Notes: generated by a model from the sequence alone, not told the origin. Shown: positions 33,573 to 44,091, numbered from the stretch's first letter. The stretch: 64,000 nucleotides of DNA from an uncultured Spirochaetota bacterium (GCA_963783575.1 CAWAOD010000014.1:32001-96000), one strand, 5' to 3'. Made by a program: numbers and translations.

Positions 33573-34877
33573 ATGAGGAAAAAAAGCTTGTTAGCAGTTC
33601 TTTTGGCTCTTACTGCTGTCACGTTGATTACGAGTGTTTCCTTCTCGGAAGTGAAACCTTACAATGGAGAAAAAGTGCATCTCACTGTTGCCGTATTTCC
33701 AAGTCTTGATATTGCTTACAATGCTCTTCTGCCAGAATTTAGCAAAGCATATCCCAACATTACCGTGGAGGTAAAGTCTCTCGGTTATGGCGACCATCAC
33801 AACAACCTTATCACAGTTATTGCAGCTGGCAAGGGCGCTCCCGATGTAGCTGCTATTGAAATCGGATATATTGCTCAGCTTGGTGCCGGCGGCGGTTTTG
33901 AAAATCTTCTTAAGCTACCTTATAATGCCGTCCAGTATAAGAAAGACTTTACACCCTACAAATGGGCTCAGGCGTCTACAGGGCCCAATGAACTTATCGC
34001 TCTTCCTGTAGATATAGCTCCCGGATGCGCATTCATATATCAACCTACCTGGGCATCTAAAAAGGTCGATATCAACAGCATCAAGACAATGGATGATTTA
34101 TTTGCTGCTGGAAAGAAGCTCACATTTGATTCTAAAGGTGATGGGGTAATCGACCATTGGTTACTTTCTCATGCCCAGTACATTTTCAACATGATCTTCT
34201 ATTCCGACAGTCAGAGATATTTTGACAAAGAAGGAAAACCAGCTCTCAATACTCCCAGAATCAAAACCGCTTTTACCTGGGCAAAGAAATTCAGAGACGC
34301 CGGACTTGATGCCAAGATAAGCGACTGGTCGAACGAATGGTTTGCTATGTTTCAAAAAGGCACAGCAGCCTATGTTCCTTCAGGCGCCTGGCTTGCCGGA
34401 CATTTAAAGACCTGGATCGCAACTAATCAGAGTGGCAATTACAGGGTTGCTTTGCTGCCATCTATTAACAAAGGTGAAAAAAGGATGATGCTTAATCAGG
34501 GTGGGTCTTTCCTTGCTATTCCTTCCCAGATTCCAGATGTTAATAAAGCGGCTGCCTGGGAATTCATCAAGTTTGCTTGTACCAGAGTCAATTCCCAGAT
34601 CATCTCTTTTGAAAAAGCAGACGCTTTTCCAGCCTGGATGCCTGCCTGGAAGGATGAGGGTTTCTCAGAGGGAGTAGAGTATCTCGGCGGACAGAAAGCC
34701 AGGATGATTTGGATCGATATTGCAAAAGCTATTCCTGAAGTTTATGTCAATCCCAAGGATAGTCTTGCCCAGAATATTCTACAAACGGCCCTGTTCGATG
34801 TTCTTGATGGAAAGAAAGGAATCGACGCAGCTTTAGCTGAAGCTCAGAAAGAGCTTGAAACAAAGATGGAACAATAA
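33573..34877 (+). CDS. Carbohydrate ABC transporter substrate-binding protein
   Basis: Signal peptide, AGKGAPDVAAIE, NQGGSFLAIP. Confidence 0.9.
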   Translation: MRKKSLLAVLLALTAVTLITSVSFSEVKPYNGEKVHLTVAVFPSLDIAYNALLPEFSKAYPNITVEVKSLGYGDHHNNLITVIAAGKGAPDVAAIEIGYIAQLGAGGGFENLLKLPYNAVQYKKDFTPYKWAQASTGPNELIALPVDIAPGCAFIYQPTWASKKVDINSIKTMDDLFAAGKKLTFDSKGDGVIDHWLLSHAQYIFNMIFYSDSQRYFDKEGKPALNTPRIKTAFTWAKKFRDAGLDAKISDWSNEWFAMFQKGTAAYVPSGAWLAGHLKTWIATNQSGNYRVALLPSINKGEKRMMLNQGGSFLAIPSQIPDVNKAAAWEFIKFACTRVNSQIISFEKADAFPAWMPAWKDEGFSEGVEYLGGQKARMIWIDIAKAIPEVYVNPKDSLAQNILQTALFDVLDGKKGIDAALAEAQKELETKMEQ

Positions 34878-34887
34878 TTTAAACAAA

Positions 34888-34922
34888 AAAAGGGTTTGCG
34901 GGACAATCACGCGAACCCTTTT
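34888..34922 (+). terminator. Intercistronic hairpin after the substrate-binding gene
   Basis: AAAAGGGTTTGCG...CGCGAACCCTTTT. Confidence 0.55.
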
Positions 34923-34951
34923 AATTAAAATATCTCCGGAGGTTAATAACA

Positions 34952-35923
34952 ATGGAAAGAAATAAAGCTGCAGAAATAAAAAACTATGGTGGATGGGTAA
35001 CTTTCGCAAGAAAATCCGCTCCCTACGTCTTTATTGCCCCTTTTTTTATTTCATTCTGCATTTTTTCCATTTATCCGATCTGCTATTCTTTTTATCTGAG
35101 TCTTGTTAAATGGAACGGTTCGGCGGGAGTCAAAATGATTTTCGTTGGTTTTCGTAATTACTATAATCTTCTGATGAAAGATTCGCTGTTCTGGAAATCC
35201 TTATTAAATACGATGGTTATGGCAGTTATTGTTACAATCCCACAGCATTCTTTTGCTCTCTTTTTCGCTTTTATATTGAATCAAGCTATTATCAGATTCA
35301 AGAATTTCTTCAAGGCAATTCTTTTTATGCCTTATGTGACATCTACTATCGCCATCGGCATTGTATTCGGTGTTATTTATGGCAGAACATACGGTTTATT
35401 GAATTGGGGGCTTATTTCACTGGATAAATTGAGTATTTTTCATAACTTATTTAACACTTCGCTGTTAAATACTTCCCTGCCTATCTACTGGATCCGCGAT
35501 TTTTGCTGGTGGGCCATTTCTTCGATCGCCGTCTGGCAGTGGACAGGATGGAATGCAATTATATATTTCGCCGGTTTACAGGCCATTCCGAACAATCTTT
35601 ATGAAGCGGCCCGAATTGATGGTGCAGGTTGGGGCCAGGTCTTTTTCAATATCACTCTTCCCCTGCTCCGTCCAATCATATTCTTTGCGACCACTTTGAC
35701 GATCATAGGCCAGATACAGTTCTTCAATGAACCTATGATCCTTGCCGGGGGTGTAGATGGGATGTCAGTCCTATCTAATGCCAGTATGACTCTTGCTGTC
35801 TATCTTTATGCACATGCATTCAAGTGGGGAAGTTTCGGCACAGCAGCCGCACTTTCCTATATTATGTTTGTGTTCATCATTATCCTAACCTTTATCAACA
35901 GAAGATTACTGAAAGAAAAATAA
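34952..35923 (+). CDS. Carbohydrate ABC transporter permease
   Basis: EAA motif LYEAARIDGA, TM segments. Confidence 0.93.
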   Translation: MERNKAAEIKNYGGWVTFARKSAPYVFIAPFFISFCIFSIYPICYSFYLSLVKWNGSAGVKMIFVGFRNYYNLLMKDSLFWKSLLNTMVMAVIVTIPQHSFALFFAFILNQAIIRFKNFFKAILFMPYVTSTIAIGIVFGVIYGRTYGLLNWGLISLDKLSIFHNLFNTSLLNTSLPIYWIRDFCWWAISSIAVWQWTGWNAIIYFAGLQAIPNNLYEAARIDGAGWGQVFFNITLPLLRPIIFFATTLTIIGQIQFFNEPMILAGGVDGMSVLSNASMTLAVYLYAHAFKWGSFGTAAALSYIMFVFIIILTFINRRLLKEK

Positions 35924-35938
35924 AAGAGGTTTTTCCAT

Positions 35939-36853
35939 ATGTCTAACATTAAACAATCACATAATTTAAAAATCAGGAAAGAAGAATATGAAAATAGTCA
36001 TCTCAAAATAAAACCTGTGAAGGCGTTTTTCATAAAACTATTATTATATTTTCCTTTAATTATATGGGCGTTTATCACAATCTATCCTTTCTGGTATATG
36101 ATTGTTGTGGCTGGTAAAAGCCAAGCTCAGATCTTCTCATTTCCCCCTCCTATGACAATAGATAAAGATTATATAAATCAATTTATCAATAACTATAAGA
36201 ATCTAATTACCAGAATACCGTTTTGGCGTAATGTTTGGAACACCTTTTATATTGCCTCCATGTCCACATTGCTGTCCATTTTCTTCTGTTCTCTGGGCGG
36301 ATTTGGTTTTGCAATGTACAAATTCAAAGGAAAAAATATACTTTTCACTATAATGCTAATAACCTTAATGATTCCTCCATGGATCGGAATTGTTCCCTAT
36401 TTCCTGATGATGAAGACCTTTGGCTGGTACAATACCGCAAAGGCCATCTATATCCCCGGCATTGCCAATGCATTCGGTGTCTTTATGATGAGCCAGTATA
36501 TCGAAGCATCCATACCGATAGATCTTATCGAGGCAGCCCGCATGGACGGATGCTCAGAATTCAACATCTACTGGAAAATTGTTTTCCCTCTAATTACCCC
36601 GGTGATCGGTTCTTTCAGCATTATCACCTTCCTGGGCACATGGAATAATTTCATGGGGCCTCTTGTTATATTCAACTCCAAAGAAACTTACACCATTCCG
36701 GTCGCCTTGAATGCCTTGAAAGGGCTGCAAAATGTTGATTACGGCGCCATTATGGCCGGTACCTGCATTTCTGTTTTACCGATAATTGTTGTGTTCATCG
36801 TTATGTCCAAGCTTATTATCTCAAAGGTTACAGAAGGTGCTTTAAAAGGTTGA
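35939..36853 (+). CDS. Carbohydrate ABC transporter permease
   Basis: LIEAARMDGC, FLGTWNNF. Confidence 0.93.
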   Translation: MSNIKQSHNLKIRKEEYENSHLKIKPVKAFFIKLLLYFPLIIWAFITIYPFWYMIVVAGKSQAQIFSFPPPMTIDKDYINQFINNYKNLITRIPFWRNVWNTFYIASMSTLLSIFFCSLGGFGFAMYKFKGKNILFTIMLITLMIPPWIGIVPYFLMMKTFGWYNTAKAIYIPGIANAFGVFMMSQYIEASIPIDLIEAARMDGCSEFNIYWKIVFPLITPVIGSFSIITFLGTWNNFMGPLVIFNSKETYTIPVALNALKGLQNVDYGAIMAGTCISVLPIIVVFIVMSKLIISKVTEGALKG

Positions 36854-36907
36854 AAAATTTATAACCAAATGAAAAGATATTAAAATAATTATGCGGGAGA
36901 TTGTTTT

Positions 36908-38197
36908 ATGTTCAAATTAAAAGAACTGTTTTTCCTATTTTATATTTTTATATTTATTTTTATTGGATATCAATTCTGCAGAGCACAAAGCTATCAGATC
37001 AAAGTTGATTTTTCACAGAAAACTGTAAAAATTAAACCGGAATCTATACGTGGTGTCAATGTAAACAATGCTATGCAGATAGCCCTTATAAAAGATAAAA
37101 TAAGGCTTCTAAATATCCCGACAATTACTTATCCGGCAGGCAATGCTGCTGACGAACAGGATGAGAACAGTCAGGACAATATGAGTTTTTTCTCACTCCA
37201 GCAAGGCATGCTTGGCAATCCTTTTACTTTTGTCCAGATAAGAGTATTTAACGGCACCGTTGAAGGGGCCCTCAAATCAATAAAAATTGCCGAATCTAAC
37301 CAGGTACGCGTAGACGTTTGGAGTATCGGAAATGAACCTGACCTATATTACAGGAATGCGACTCCAGATTGGACATTAGATAAATACAATCGGGTTTTTC
37401 GTGAAATTGTCTCTGTTATGAGGAAAGATTATCCTGATATTAAGGTAGCTGGTCCAATGACCAGTAATCCTAATGATGATTGGATTAGAAGTTTTATTAA
37501 AGAAAATGGAGATCTTGTTGATGTTTTAGCCTGGCACTGGTATCCCACAGATGGAACATGGGACAATGATAAAGCAATAGCCACTGCACCTATGATTACT
37601 AATCAAATAAACACTTACAGGAAATGGTTGAAGGATCCTTTGTATAATCCAAAAGGCTATCAAAGAGATATTAAGCTTGCTTTGACTGAATATGCAATTC
37701 ACTGGAATACACCTAAAGCAACCCAACTGGCAGATATGACTGGTGCGGTCTGGACAGCGGAAGTGTTAGGTTACATGGCTCAGGAGCAGATTGATTACTC
37801 TCATTATTTCTGTCTTGGAACTTATGGGGGCCATTCTATTTTTGAACCCGTTTCATATTTCAGGAGACCTATTTATTACGTTTTTATGTTTTATAGTACT
37901 CATTTTGGGAACCAGATGGTTTCCACAATTTCTGAAGACAGCGATGTCAAGGTTTTTGCATCTACTGGGGAGAATGCCAGTAAATATCTCATTGCCATAA
38001 ACGATAGTGAAACAAATGCCAAGGAACTTTCAATATTGTTGGGTGGAATTCCGGAAAAAATAAAAAAAGTAAAAGGCTATCTTCTTTCTAAAGAATCCAA
38101 CGGTAAGGATATTGATTCCGGAAAGTTCAACTTGTCAGGGGATAAGCTTTTAATTGATATACCGGCCTTATCAATAGAGGCTTTTGATATTGAATAA
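36908..38197 (+). CDS. Secreted clan GH-A glycoside hydrolase (family uncertain; GH39/44/51/79-like)
   Basis: WSIGNEPD acid/base motif, WHWYP, LALTEY nucleophile motif, C-terminal beta domain. Confidence 0.7.
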   Translation: MFKLKELFFLFYIFIFIFIGYQFCRAQSYQIKVDFSQKTVKIKPESIRGVNVNNAMQIALIKDKIRLLNIPTITYPAGNAADEQDENSQDNMSFFSLQQGMLGNPFTFVQIRVFNGTVEGALKSIKIAESNQVRVDVWSIGNEPDLYYRNATPDWTLDKYNRVFREIVSVMRKDYPDIKVAGPMTSNPNDDWIRSFIKENGDLVDVLAWHWYPTDGTWDNDKAIATAPMITNQINTYRKWLKDPLYNPKGYQRDIKLALTEYAIHWNTPKATQLADMTGAVWTAEVLGYMAQEQIDYSHYFCLGTYGGHSIFEPVSYFRRPIYYVFMFYSTHFGNQMVSTISEDSDVKVFASTGENASKYLIAINDSETNAKELSILLGGIPEKIKKVKGYLLSKESNGKDIDSGKFNLSGDKLLIDIPALSIEAFDIE

Positions 38198-38315
38198 AAG
38201 GTATGTATAGCCGTATTTATACTTATGTGCTTCCTTGTTGAGCCAAAGGCTTGAAGGTTAAATAAAATTGTCATTTAATGAGAGAAACAATAAAAATATT
38301 TGAGGAGTTAATAAA

Positions 38316-38615
38316 ATGGGCTCAATAAGTATGATGATTTCATTTATGGGCATGATAGTTACATTTTTATGTTTTATTTTTGATATTAAAAATATTCCCC
38401 AGGAATTTCTCGATTTGAAAATACCAGTTCTATCCGCAACCCTTCCCCTATTAATGATTTTACTTGTTATAGTTACAATTCTCGGTATAATAGCGTATAT
38501 CAGGGATTCAAAAAGGGATCATGCCCTTACATCTATTGTCATATCCCTGTTTTTGTTGTTAGTAAATCTTAATAATATAATTATTACATTTCAAATTCTG
38601 GATAAGTTAAAATAG
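38316..38615 (+). CDS. Small hypothetical membrane protein
   Basis: 99 aa, 3 hydrophobic segments, GAGGAG RBS. Confidence 0.55.
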   Translation: MGSISMMISFMGMIVTFLCFIFDIKNIPQEFLDLKIPVLSATLPLLMILLVIVTILGIIAYIRDSKRDHALTSIVISLFLLLVNLNNIIITFQILDKLK

Positions 38616-38846
38616 GGTATTTTTCTGGTTGATAATTTTGCAGGCGTTACTCGAGATTGCCCTGCGTTTGGTATATCGTAATGGAAAGACACCGGATTGT
38701 GCCTGCTCGACAAGATTAGCCGCTTTAAGGCTCGAAGCCATCGCATAGCTGATAAAGTTAAACGCACGCTCGGTCGAAGTTATTGCATTTTTAATGGTCA
38801 GCTTAACCATCCCTTATTGTTCTATTGAGAGCTATATCTTTAAAAT

Positions 38847-38986
38847 CATACTAAAGGTTGCCTATTGAAAAATTCTTCTTCATTATAATAAATGAGATTT
38901 AAATATATTTATTTTGCATAAATAAAAATTGAACCTATCTTCAAGAACCATACTAAAGGTTGCCTGAAAAACCATACTTGACGGCC
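38847..38986 (+). promoter_or_regulatory. Putative three-box operator upstream of the CBM lipoprotein gene
   Basis: CATACTAAAGGTTGCC identical at 38847 and 38949, third CATACTTGACGGCC at 38973. Confidence 0.65.
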
Positions 38987-39072
38987 TTCTAATATAAAAG
39001 ACAATTAATTAAAATTTTAGTGTTTGTAAGTTGAATCTGTAAAAAAATAAATTCATTTTAGGAGATGTTGTC

Positions 39073-39729
39073 ATGAAGACTATTAAGAATTTAAGTTTGA
39101 TTGCACTTGTTGTTACGGCGATATTTTTATTCGCCGCTTGTGGCGGCTCTGTAACAAGTAAGAGCACAGTAAAGCAGGAAAAGCCTGCAGAAAAAAAGTC
39201 TGCTGTTGCAAATACCGAGGTCAATGGTAATCTCATTAAAAACGGGACTTTTAATGGTTTGACAGATATAAAAAAATTAGCCGGCTACGAAGTTGTTGGT
39301 TTGAGTTTGCTTGAAAAAATCGAACAAATAGGTTATTGGCATGTGCTTTGTGGAGCAAACGGCGATGGTAAAGCTGATGTTGTTAACGGTGGATGCAAAA
39401 TTACAATATTTGCTCCAGGCACGGAGGTCTATGGTGTTCAGTTGTCACAGCTTCCATTAATGATGGAAAAAGGAAAAAATTATAAAGTGAGTTTTGAAGC
39501 CTGTGCCGATGATCCCAGGAGTATTGTAGTCAGGATAGGTATTGTAGGGAACGGCTGGGCCCCTTATTCCGGCGATCAAAAGATCAACATAACTACAGAA
39601 ATGAAAAACTATTCCTTTACCTTTACCATGAATCATCCGACGGATGAAAAAGCCCGTCTGGACTTCAATGTTGGCCTTTCCATGGCATCAGTTACCATTA
39701 GTAATGTAGTTGTAATGAAAGTCGACTGA
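39073..39729 (+). CDS. Lipoprotein with carbohydrate-binding module (CBM4/9-like)
   Basis: Lipobox FAAC; NLIKNGTF, VQLSQ, GKNYKVSFEA, ARLDFNVG. Confidence 0.8.
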   Translation: MKTIKNLSLIALVVTAIFLFAACGGSVTSKSTVKQEKPAEKKSAVANTEVNGNLIKNGTFNGLTDIKKLAGYEVVGLSLLEKIEQIGYWHVLCGANGDGKADVVNGGCKITIFAPGTEVYGVQLSQLPLMMEKGKNYKVSFEACADDPRSIVVRIGIVGNGWAPYSGDQKINITTEMKNYSFTFTMNHPTDEKARLDFNVGLSMASVTISNVVVMKVD

Positions 39730-39934
39730 TATAACTGGGATTTTTTCCCTCTGTTAAAGCTAAACCAGATTTTTTTAATTTGAGGACAGGTTTCTTATTT
39801 TCAGTCTCTCTAAGGAATCTTTCCTTAAAGATTTTGCTTACCAGTTTTTTATTATAATCAAATAGCTTCAGTGTAGTTTTTTGTAAGTAGTAGAATTCAA
39901 TATTTTTCCCTTCAATCATCCGCTTGTAATGATC

Positions 39935-40190
39935 CCAAACTGAGCGATTTTTCTATCAAAAAACCTGCTAATAAAATGGGGTAAGGAAATGGTTGCAGCC
40001 ATCCTTACCCCAAAATAATAAGCATTGGGTGCTAAAGCTGGTAAACTATGTCAGAAAAAAAAGGAAATCGCAAAAATCAGAAAAATATCCTTCGGCAGAA
40101 CTCAGGAACCAAGATTCAGGAAATCGGAGTCACTCATGATTCCTTAACAGGACGCGGGGTATTAGCATTCGATAAGAATTTAGGCAAAAA
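39935..40190 (+). mobile_element. Possible internally deleted IS1380-like relic
   Basis: ORF 40048 contains IGVTHDSLTGRGVLA, resembling IS1380 transposase N-termini, then breaks off near ATAAGAATTTAGG; boundaries are uncertain. Confidence 0.3.
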
Positions 40191-40445
40191 ATTTCAGCTT
40201 GAAAGAAAAAGTGCGATAGCTAAAATATAAATCAATAATTCTTCCAATAAAAGGTAAAAAAAAGGGGAAATAAATCCCCCCTTGGTAATGGTCAATCTTC
40301 AGACTGGAAATGTCAAGAGTTTTTCCCATATCTGCGCTCGGGTAATTTCCCACCCCTTCCACAAGAGTATTTCCCATATGCTTCACAAGAGTTTTCCCCA
40401 TACCTTCCACGTGAGTATTTCCCATAGTGAGGAGGCAAAGAATGG

Positions 40446-41195
40446 TTACTCAACCTCCTTATTCAAATTTTGTATTCTGTAAGATTCTCCGCTCAAGTTA
40501 TAAATATTTGAATGATGTAAAAGCCTATCCAGAAGAGCGGTTGTCATAATCGGGTCTCCCATCATTTCAGCCCAATCCTGAAATCCCTTATTCGATGTTA
40601 TCACAATTGATGTCTTTTCATACAATTCACTTACAAGACTAAAGAATAGATTTGCCTCCTTCTTTTCGATAGGTGTGTAACCTATCTCATCAATGATTAA
40701 TAAGTGTGACTTCATCATCCGGTTCAGCCTGAAAGCAGAGCTTCTCTGGATGTCCGCCGTTTTCAGAAACTTAATGAGAGTAGTCATCCTTTCAAAGCAG
40801 ACAATATATCCCTTTTCAACTGCCCGGATTCCGATACTAATTGCCAGATGCGTTTTCCCCAGCCCCGGAGACCCAAAGAACAACAGGTTATGATGATTAT
40901 CAATCCAGCAGAAATCCAATAGCTGTGAAACATCCATTTTAGATATTCCATTCACTTTTTCAAAATTAAAACCTTCCACATCTTTGCGGACCGGGAAGTG
41001 TGCTCCTGCCATATTCCGCTGAAAACGTTTTTCCACTCTATAATTCAATTCCAGAGAAAGCAGCCTCTGCAGAAAACTCAGATAAGACTCTTTTGCCTTT
41101 TCAGCCTCACCAATTTCCTCATCAATCCGTTTTATCATACCCTTCAACCCGAGAGTTGTAAGCGCAGTTATGATTTGTTCTCTTATCTTCAACAT
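40446..41195 (-). CDS. istB: IS21 helper ATPase IstB
   Basis: GSPGLGKTHLA, LLIIDEIGY, ITSNK, ALLDRLLHH, GESYR. Confidence 0.95.
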   Translation of the reverse strand: MLKIREQIITALTTLGLKGMIKRIDEEIGEAEKAKESYLSFLQRLLSLELNYRVEKRFQRNMAGAHFPVRKDVEGFNFEKVNGISKMDVSQLLDFCWIDNHHNLLFFGSPGLGKTHLAISIGIRAVEKGYIVCFERMTTLIKFLKTADIQRSSAFRLNRMMKSHLLIIDEIGYTPIEKKEANLFFSLVSELYEKTSIVITSNKGFQDWAEMMGDPIMTTALLDRLLHHSNIYNLSGESYRIQNLNKEVE

Positions 41196-42751
41196 TGCCG
41201 GCCCCCGATGGAGTCACAGAAACTCTGGTATTTCCCGATGTCTGATTTAGCTACTTCAAGATAGTGTTCAGGATTCACTGAAGGCCTGACAATCTTTTCA
41301 ACATTCAAGGGTATTTCTGCCTTTTCTGTTATAAAACAGTTCAGGTAATTATCCCACAAATCCTTCATGGAATAACTATCACTCTCCAGGCAGTTTGAGA
41401 TCGCTTGTGTAAGCTTCCCGGTATCAATTATCTTGTCCCTGAAGTATTTTCTTCCGGAAAGACATTGGTCCCTTACATAACGATTGAACTTCCTGAAATT
41501 ACATTCAAGAAAATCCTTCCAGCCGGGAATATCAAAGTACCCGCTTACTTCTTCTTTCAATAACTGCACACTCTTTCCCATTTCCCGGATCATTGCCCTG
41601 TTGGTTACAATCTGCCCCGGAATCACTGAAAGCCGGTATTCGGCGATTTGCTCTCCCGTTATCCTGTCAAAGACAAAAAGCCGACTGCCCGTCTTGTAGA
41701 TGTCCACCGAACCGTTCCTGTATTTTTCGGGAATATCATACTGGCTTGCATCAACTGCGATCCGGCATTTATCGCTTACACTGCGCTCTTCCCTTGCTCC
41801 TATCCTGTCTTTACGGAATATCGAATTCCTGACAGATTGGAGATATGGTCTTTCCGTTTCAATCTCTATCAGTGGTATTTTCATTGTAGCCTGGGATATT
41901 CTCCCGTTGGCTTTTCTTTCCAGCCATTTCATCAGGCTTTCTTCCGCTTCCATTAAACTGTTGAACTCCCGGACTGAGAAGAAACCGTGCTTGATGAATT
42001 TGACTACGTTTTCAATCTTTCCCTTACTTTCCGGGTCAGCAGGTCGGCACACATACATTTTAAGACCCATTTCCCCGATGAAATACTGAAAGTCTTTCGT
42101 GTAGATGATATCGCCTGAGTTCTCACTCGCAACCATCGTGCAGTCCTGATCGATGACAAGTTCATGCGGTATCCCGCCCATATATGCGAAACAGTCCAAC
42201 AGATGATTGATCAGGTCTTCTGTCCGGAATGGCCTCTCCTGGAGGGCCGCATACTTAAAACGACTGGCGGATAACACCGCGGCAAATATGTAATACCTTC
42301 TGCCATATCTGTCGGTATATTGACCGAAATCAAGCTGGAGCTGCTTTCCATATGGCATGTCAGGCACTTTTGTGTAATACCGTCGCTTTTCATTCAAGGT
42401 AAGCTGCCCGCTTTCAATCAGGTAATGTACGAAATTCCTCATCGTATTTTCATTCGCCGGTAGTTTGCCTTTTACCTCCAATAAATAGTCATACAAAGCA
42501 GACATATTCAGCCGGATGTAATCATTCTTTGCATATACTTTCAATATATCTGTTTTTATTCCTTCGAATTCTTTTTCACGGAAAGAGAATTCCATCAGGC
42601 TTTTCTGGTATTCAGCATCGTTCATAGTCCAATATTTCCGGACTGTCTTAATATCTATTGACAGTTCCCGGGATACACCATTTTTACTTTTCCCCAAAAG
42701 TTTCAGTTTTTTTATGTCCTGATACATAATATTTTTCACCATTCCTGCCAT
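41189..42751 (-). CDS. istA: IS21 transposase IstA
   Basis: N-terminal HTH, QLDFG, LVIDQ, SKGKIEN (DDE triad). Confidence 0.95.
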   Translation of the reverse strand: MAGMVKNIMYQDIKKLKLLGKSKNGVSRELSIDIKTVRKYWTMNDAEYQKSLMEFSFREKEFEGIKTDILKVYAKNDYIRLNMSALYDYLLEVKGKLPANENTMRNFVHYLIESGQLTLNEKRRYYTKVPDMPYGKQLQLDFGQYTDRYGRRYYIFAAVLSASRFKYAALQERPFRTEDLINHLLDCFAYMGGIPHELVIDQDCTMVASENSGDIIYTKDFQYFIGEMGLKMYVCRPADPESKGKIENVVKFIKHGFFSVREFNSLMEAEESLMKWLERKANGRISQATMKIPLIEIETERPYLQSVRNSIFRKDRIGAREERSVSDKCRIAVDASQYDIPEKYRNGSVDIYKTGSRLFVFDRITGEQIAEYRLSVIPGQIVTNRAMIREMGKSVQLLKEEVSGYFDIPGWKDFLECNFRKFNRYVRDQCLSGRKYFRDKIIDTGKLTQAISNCLESDSYSMKDLWDNYLNCFITEKAEIPLNVEKIVRPSVNPEHYLEVAKSDIGKYQSFCDSIGGRQC

Positions 42752-42866
42752 CCTTTAATGAATTTTCATTAAAGGTAATCTTCAAGCTTCTCTATGGGAA
42801 ATCTGTTTGTGACAGGTATGGGAATTTCATTTATTGCTACCCTGGTAAATTAGTTTATCATTTCCA

Positions 42867-43035
42867 CAGACTGTTTGTTTTTCCCTGAAAGGCAGTTTAT
42901 AATCACACCAACTAATACGCCCACAGCTCCGTTTATATACTTGAGTGGTGGGCAAAGATTGTCGATGATTGTCTCGCTTGCTTCATGAAGCCCTTCCAGT
43001 ACTGTTTGACCAACTTCCATTAAATCAAAGCCCAT
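42867..43035 (-). CDS. Small hydrophobic protein whose last codons are interrupted by IS21
   Basis: GGAGG RBS; removing the IS restores ...GKNKQSED* followed by a hairpin and T-run at ~40256-40283. Confidence 0.6.
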
Positions 43036-43062
43036 AAATATTACCTCCGGGTTCTTCTTAGA

Positions 43063-43395
43063 ATGACCGATATTACGGCAAAAACCGCACTTGCGGTTGT
43101 GATTCAGGACGTGATTAATGGAAAAATGCGAAATGAAGATTATTCCGATGGACTATGGAAAAATATTATGTTACATCAGAAAGAATTTCAGACTTATTTA
43201 AAAAATCTCGGTAATTTTGTTGCGTTGACATTTGTAGAACATAGCAATGAAGACAACCAGCGCAGCTATCATTATCGAATAGAATTCAAAAAGGCTATTT
43301 TGCTCCAAAACTTTGTATTTGATGATAATAACAAAGTGTCATATCTCCAGTCAGAGGATGATTTAGTGATAACTCATTCAGGTTCCAATAAGTAA
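43063..43395 (+). CDS. Hypothetical protein, possibly a 5'-truncated fragment
   Basis: 110-aa ORF with protein-like composition, no clear RBS. Confidence 0.4.
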   Translation: MTDITAKTALAVVIQDVINGKMRNEDYSDGLWKNIMLHQKEFQTYLKNLGNFVALTFVEHSNEDNQRSYHYRIEFKKAILLQNFVFDDNNKVSYLQSEDDLVITHSGSNK

Positions 43396-43572
43396 CTGTT
43401 TTATTCTTATTAAGTTAAGGATTATTGATGAAGAAAGATTGGGGAATGGGAAATGATACTATAAATACTTTGTTTAAATTTACACAAAGTAAATAATGAT
43501 TTAGAGACAATTTTATATTTCATTACCTTACTTGTCGATATTATTGTGTTCTGATTTTAATAAGAAGGGTTT

Positions 43573-43737
43573 ATGAACATATCATCAATCACAACAAGTA
43601 CTGCAATTGATATGGGTGATTTATTGAAGGACATAAATGATATTTCAAACCAATTTCAGGATAAACTTATTAATGTTAATATAAAAGAAGAATTAATTGA
43701 CGAAAACCTTGGCCAAACGATTAATATGATGGCTTAA
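43573..43737 (+). CDS. Small acidic protein, YjfB/putative motility protein-like
   Basis: 54 aa, MNISSITTS...ENLGQTINMMA*; below the ORF-track cutoff. Confidence 0.45.
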   Translation: MNISSITTSTAIDMGDLLKDINDISNQFQDKLINVNIKEELIDENLGQTINMMA

Positions 43738-44091
43738 TAAAGAGAGTTGTAATTGATAACTATTCGAATAGAAGAGTAATATTGAATTCCTAAAGGCCCA
43801 AAATTTTAATTCATCCTATCTTCTTTTAGTAACAAACCATTCATTATCGCGGTTTATTTTATTCAGGTTTCGGCTCATCCAATCGCCGGTCAAAAACAAC
43901 ATTTTATCAGGATTATTATTCTTTGTGAAAAATAATTTAATTATAAAATCAAATGCCATTGATAAACCGCCTTTTTATGTAACCGATTATTATATCTTGT
44001 TTGTCTGGTTTAAACATAATTTGGAGAGGAATTTACTTTGTTCAAAATTGGACAAGGTCAAAAAGCTGAAAAGACATAATTTAAGAGAAAT

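Larger units (their letters stand above)
40305..42866 (-). mobile_element. Complete IS21-family insertion sequence (2562 bp) with 5-bp target duplication CAGAC
   Basis: Ends TGGAAATG...CATTTCCA; CAGAC at 40300-40304 and 42867-42871; 24-bp-period subterminal repeats (five at 40316-40426); istA-istB inside. Confidence 0.95.

Noticed and set aside
38607..38810. tmRNA or other structured RNA in a GC-richer intergenic patch
   Set aside because: No tRNA-like ends or properly terminated tag peptide; more likely a gene scrap
40316..40426. Five periodic repeats resembling a mini CRISPR array
   Set aside because: The period is only 24 bp, there are no full-length spacers or cas genes, and they are the subterminal repeats of IS21
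43820..43930. Minus-strand scrap LTGDWMSRNLN reminiscent of polyphosphate kinase
   Set aside because: Too short to support without a database search
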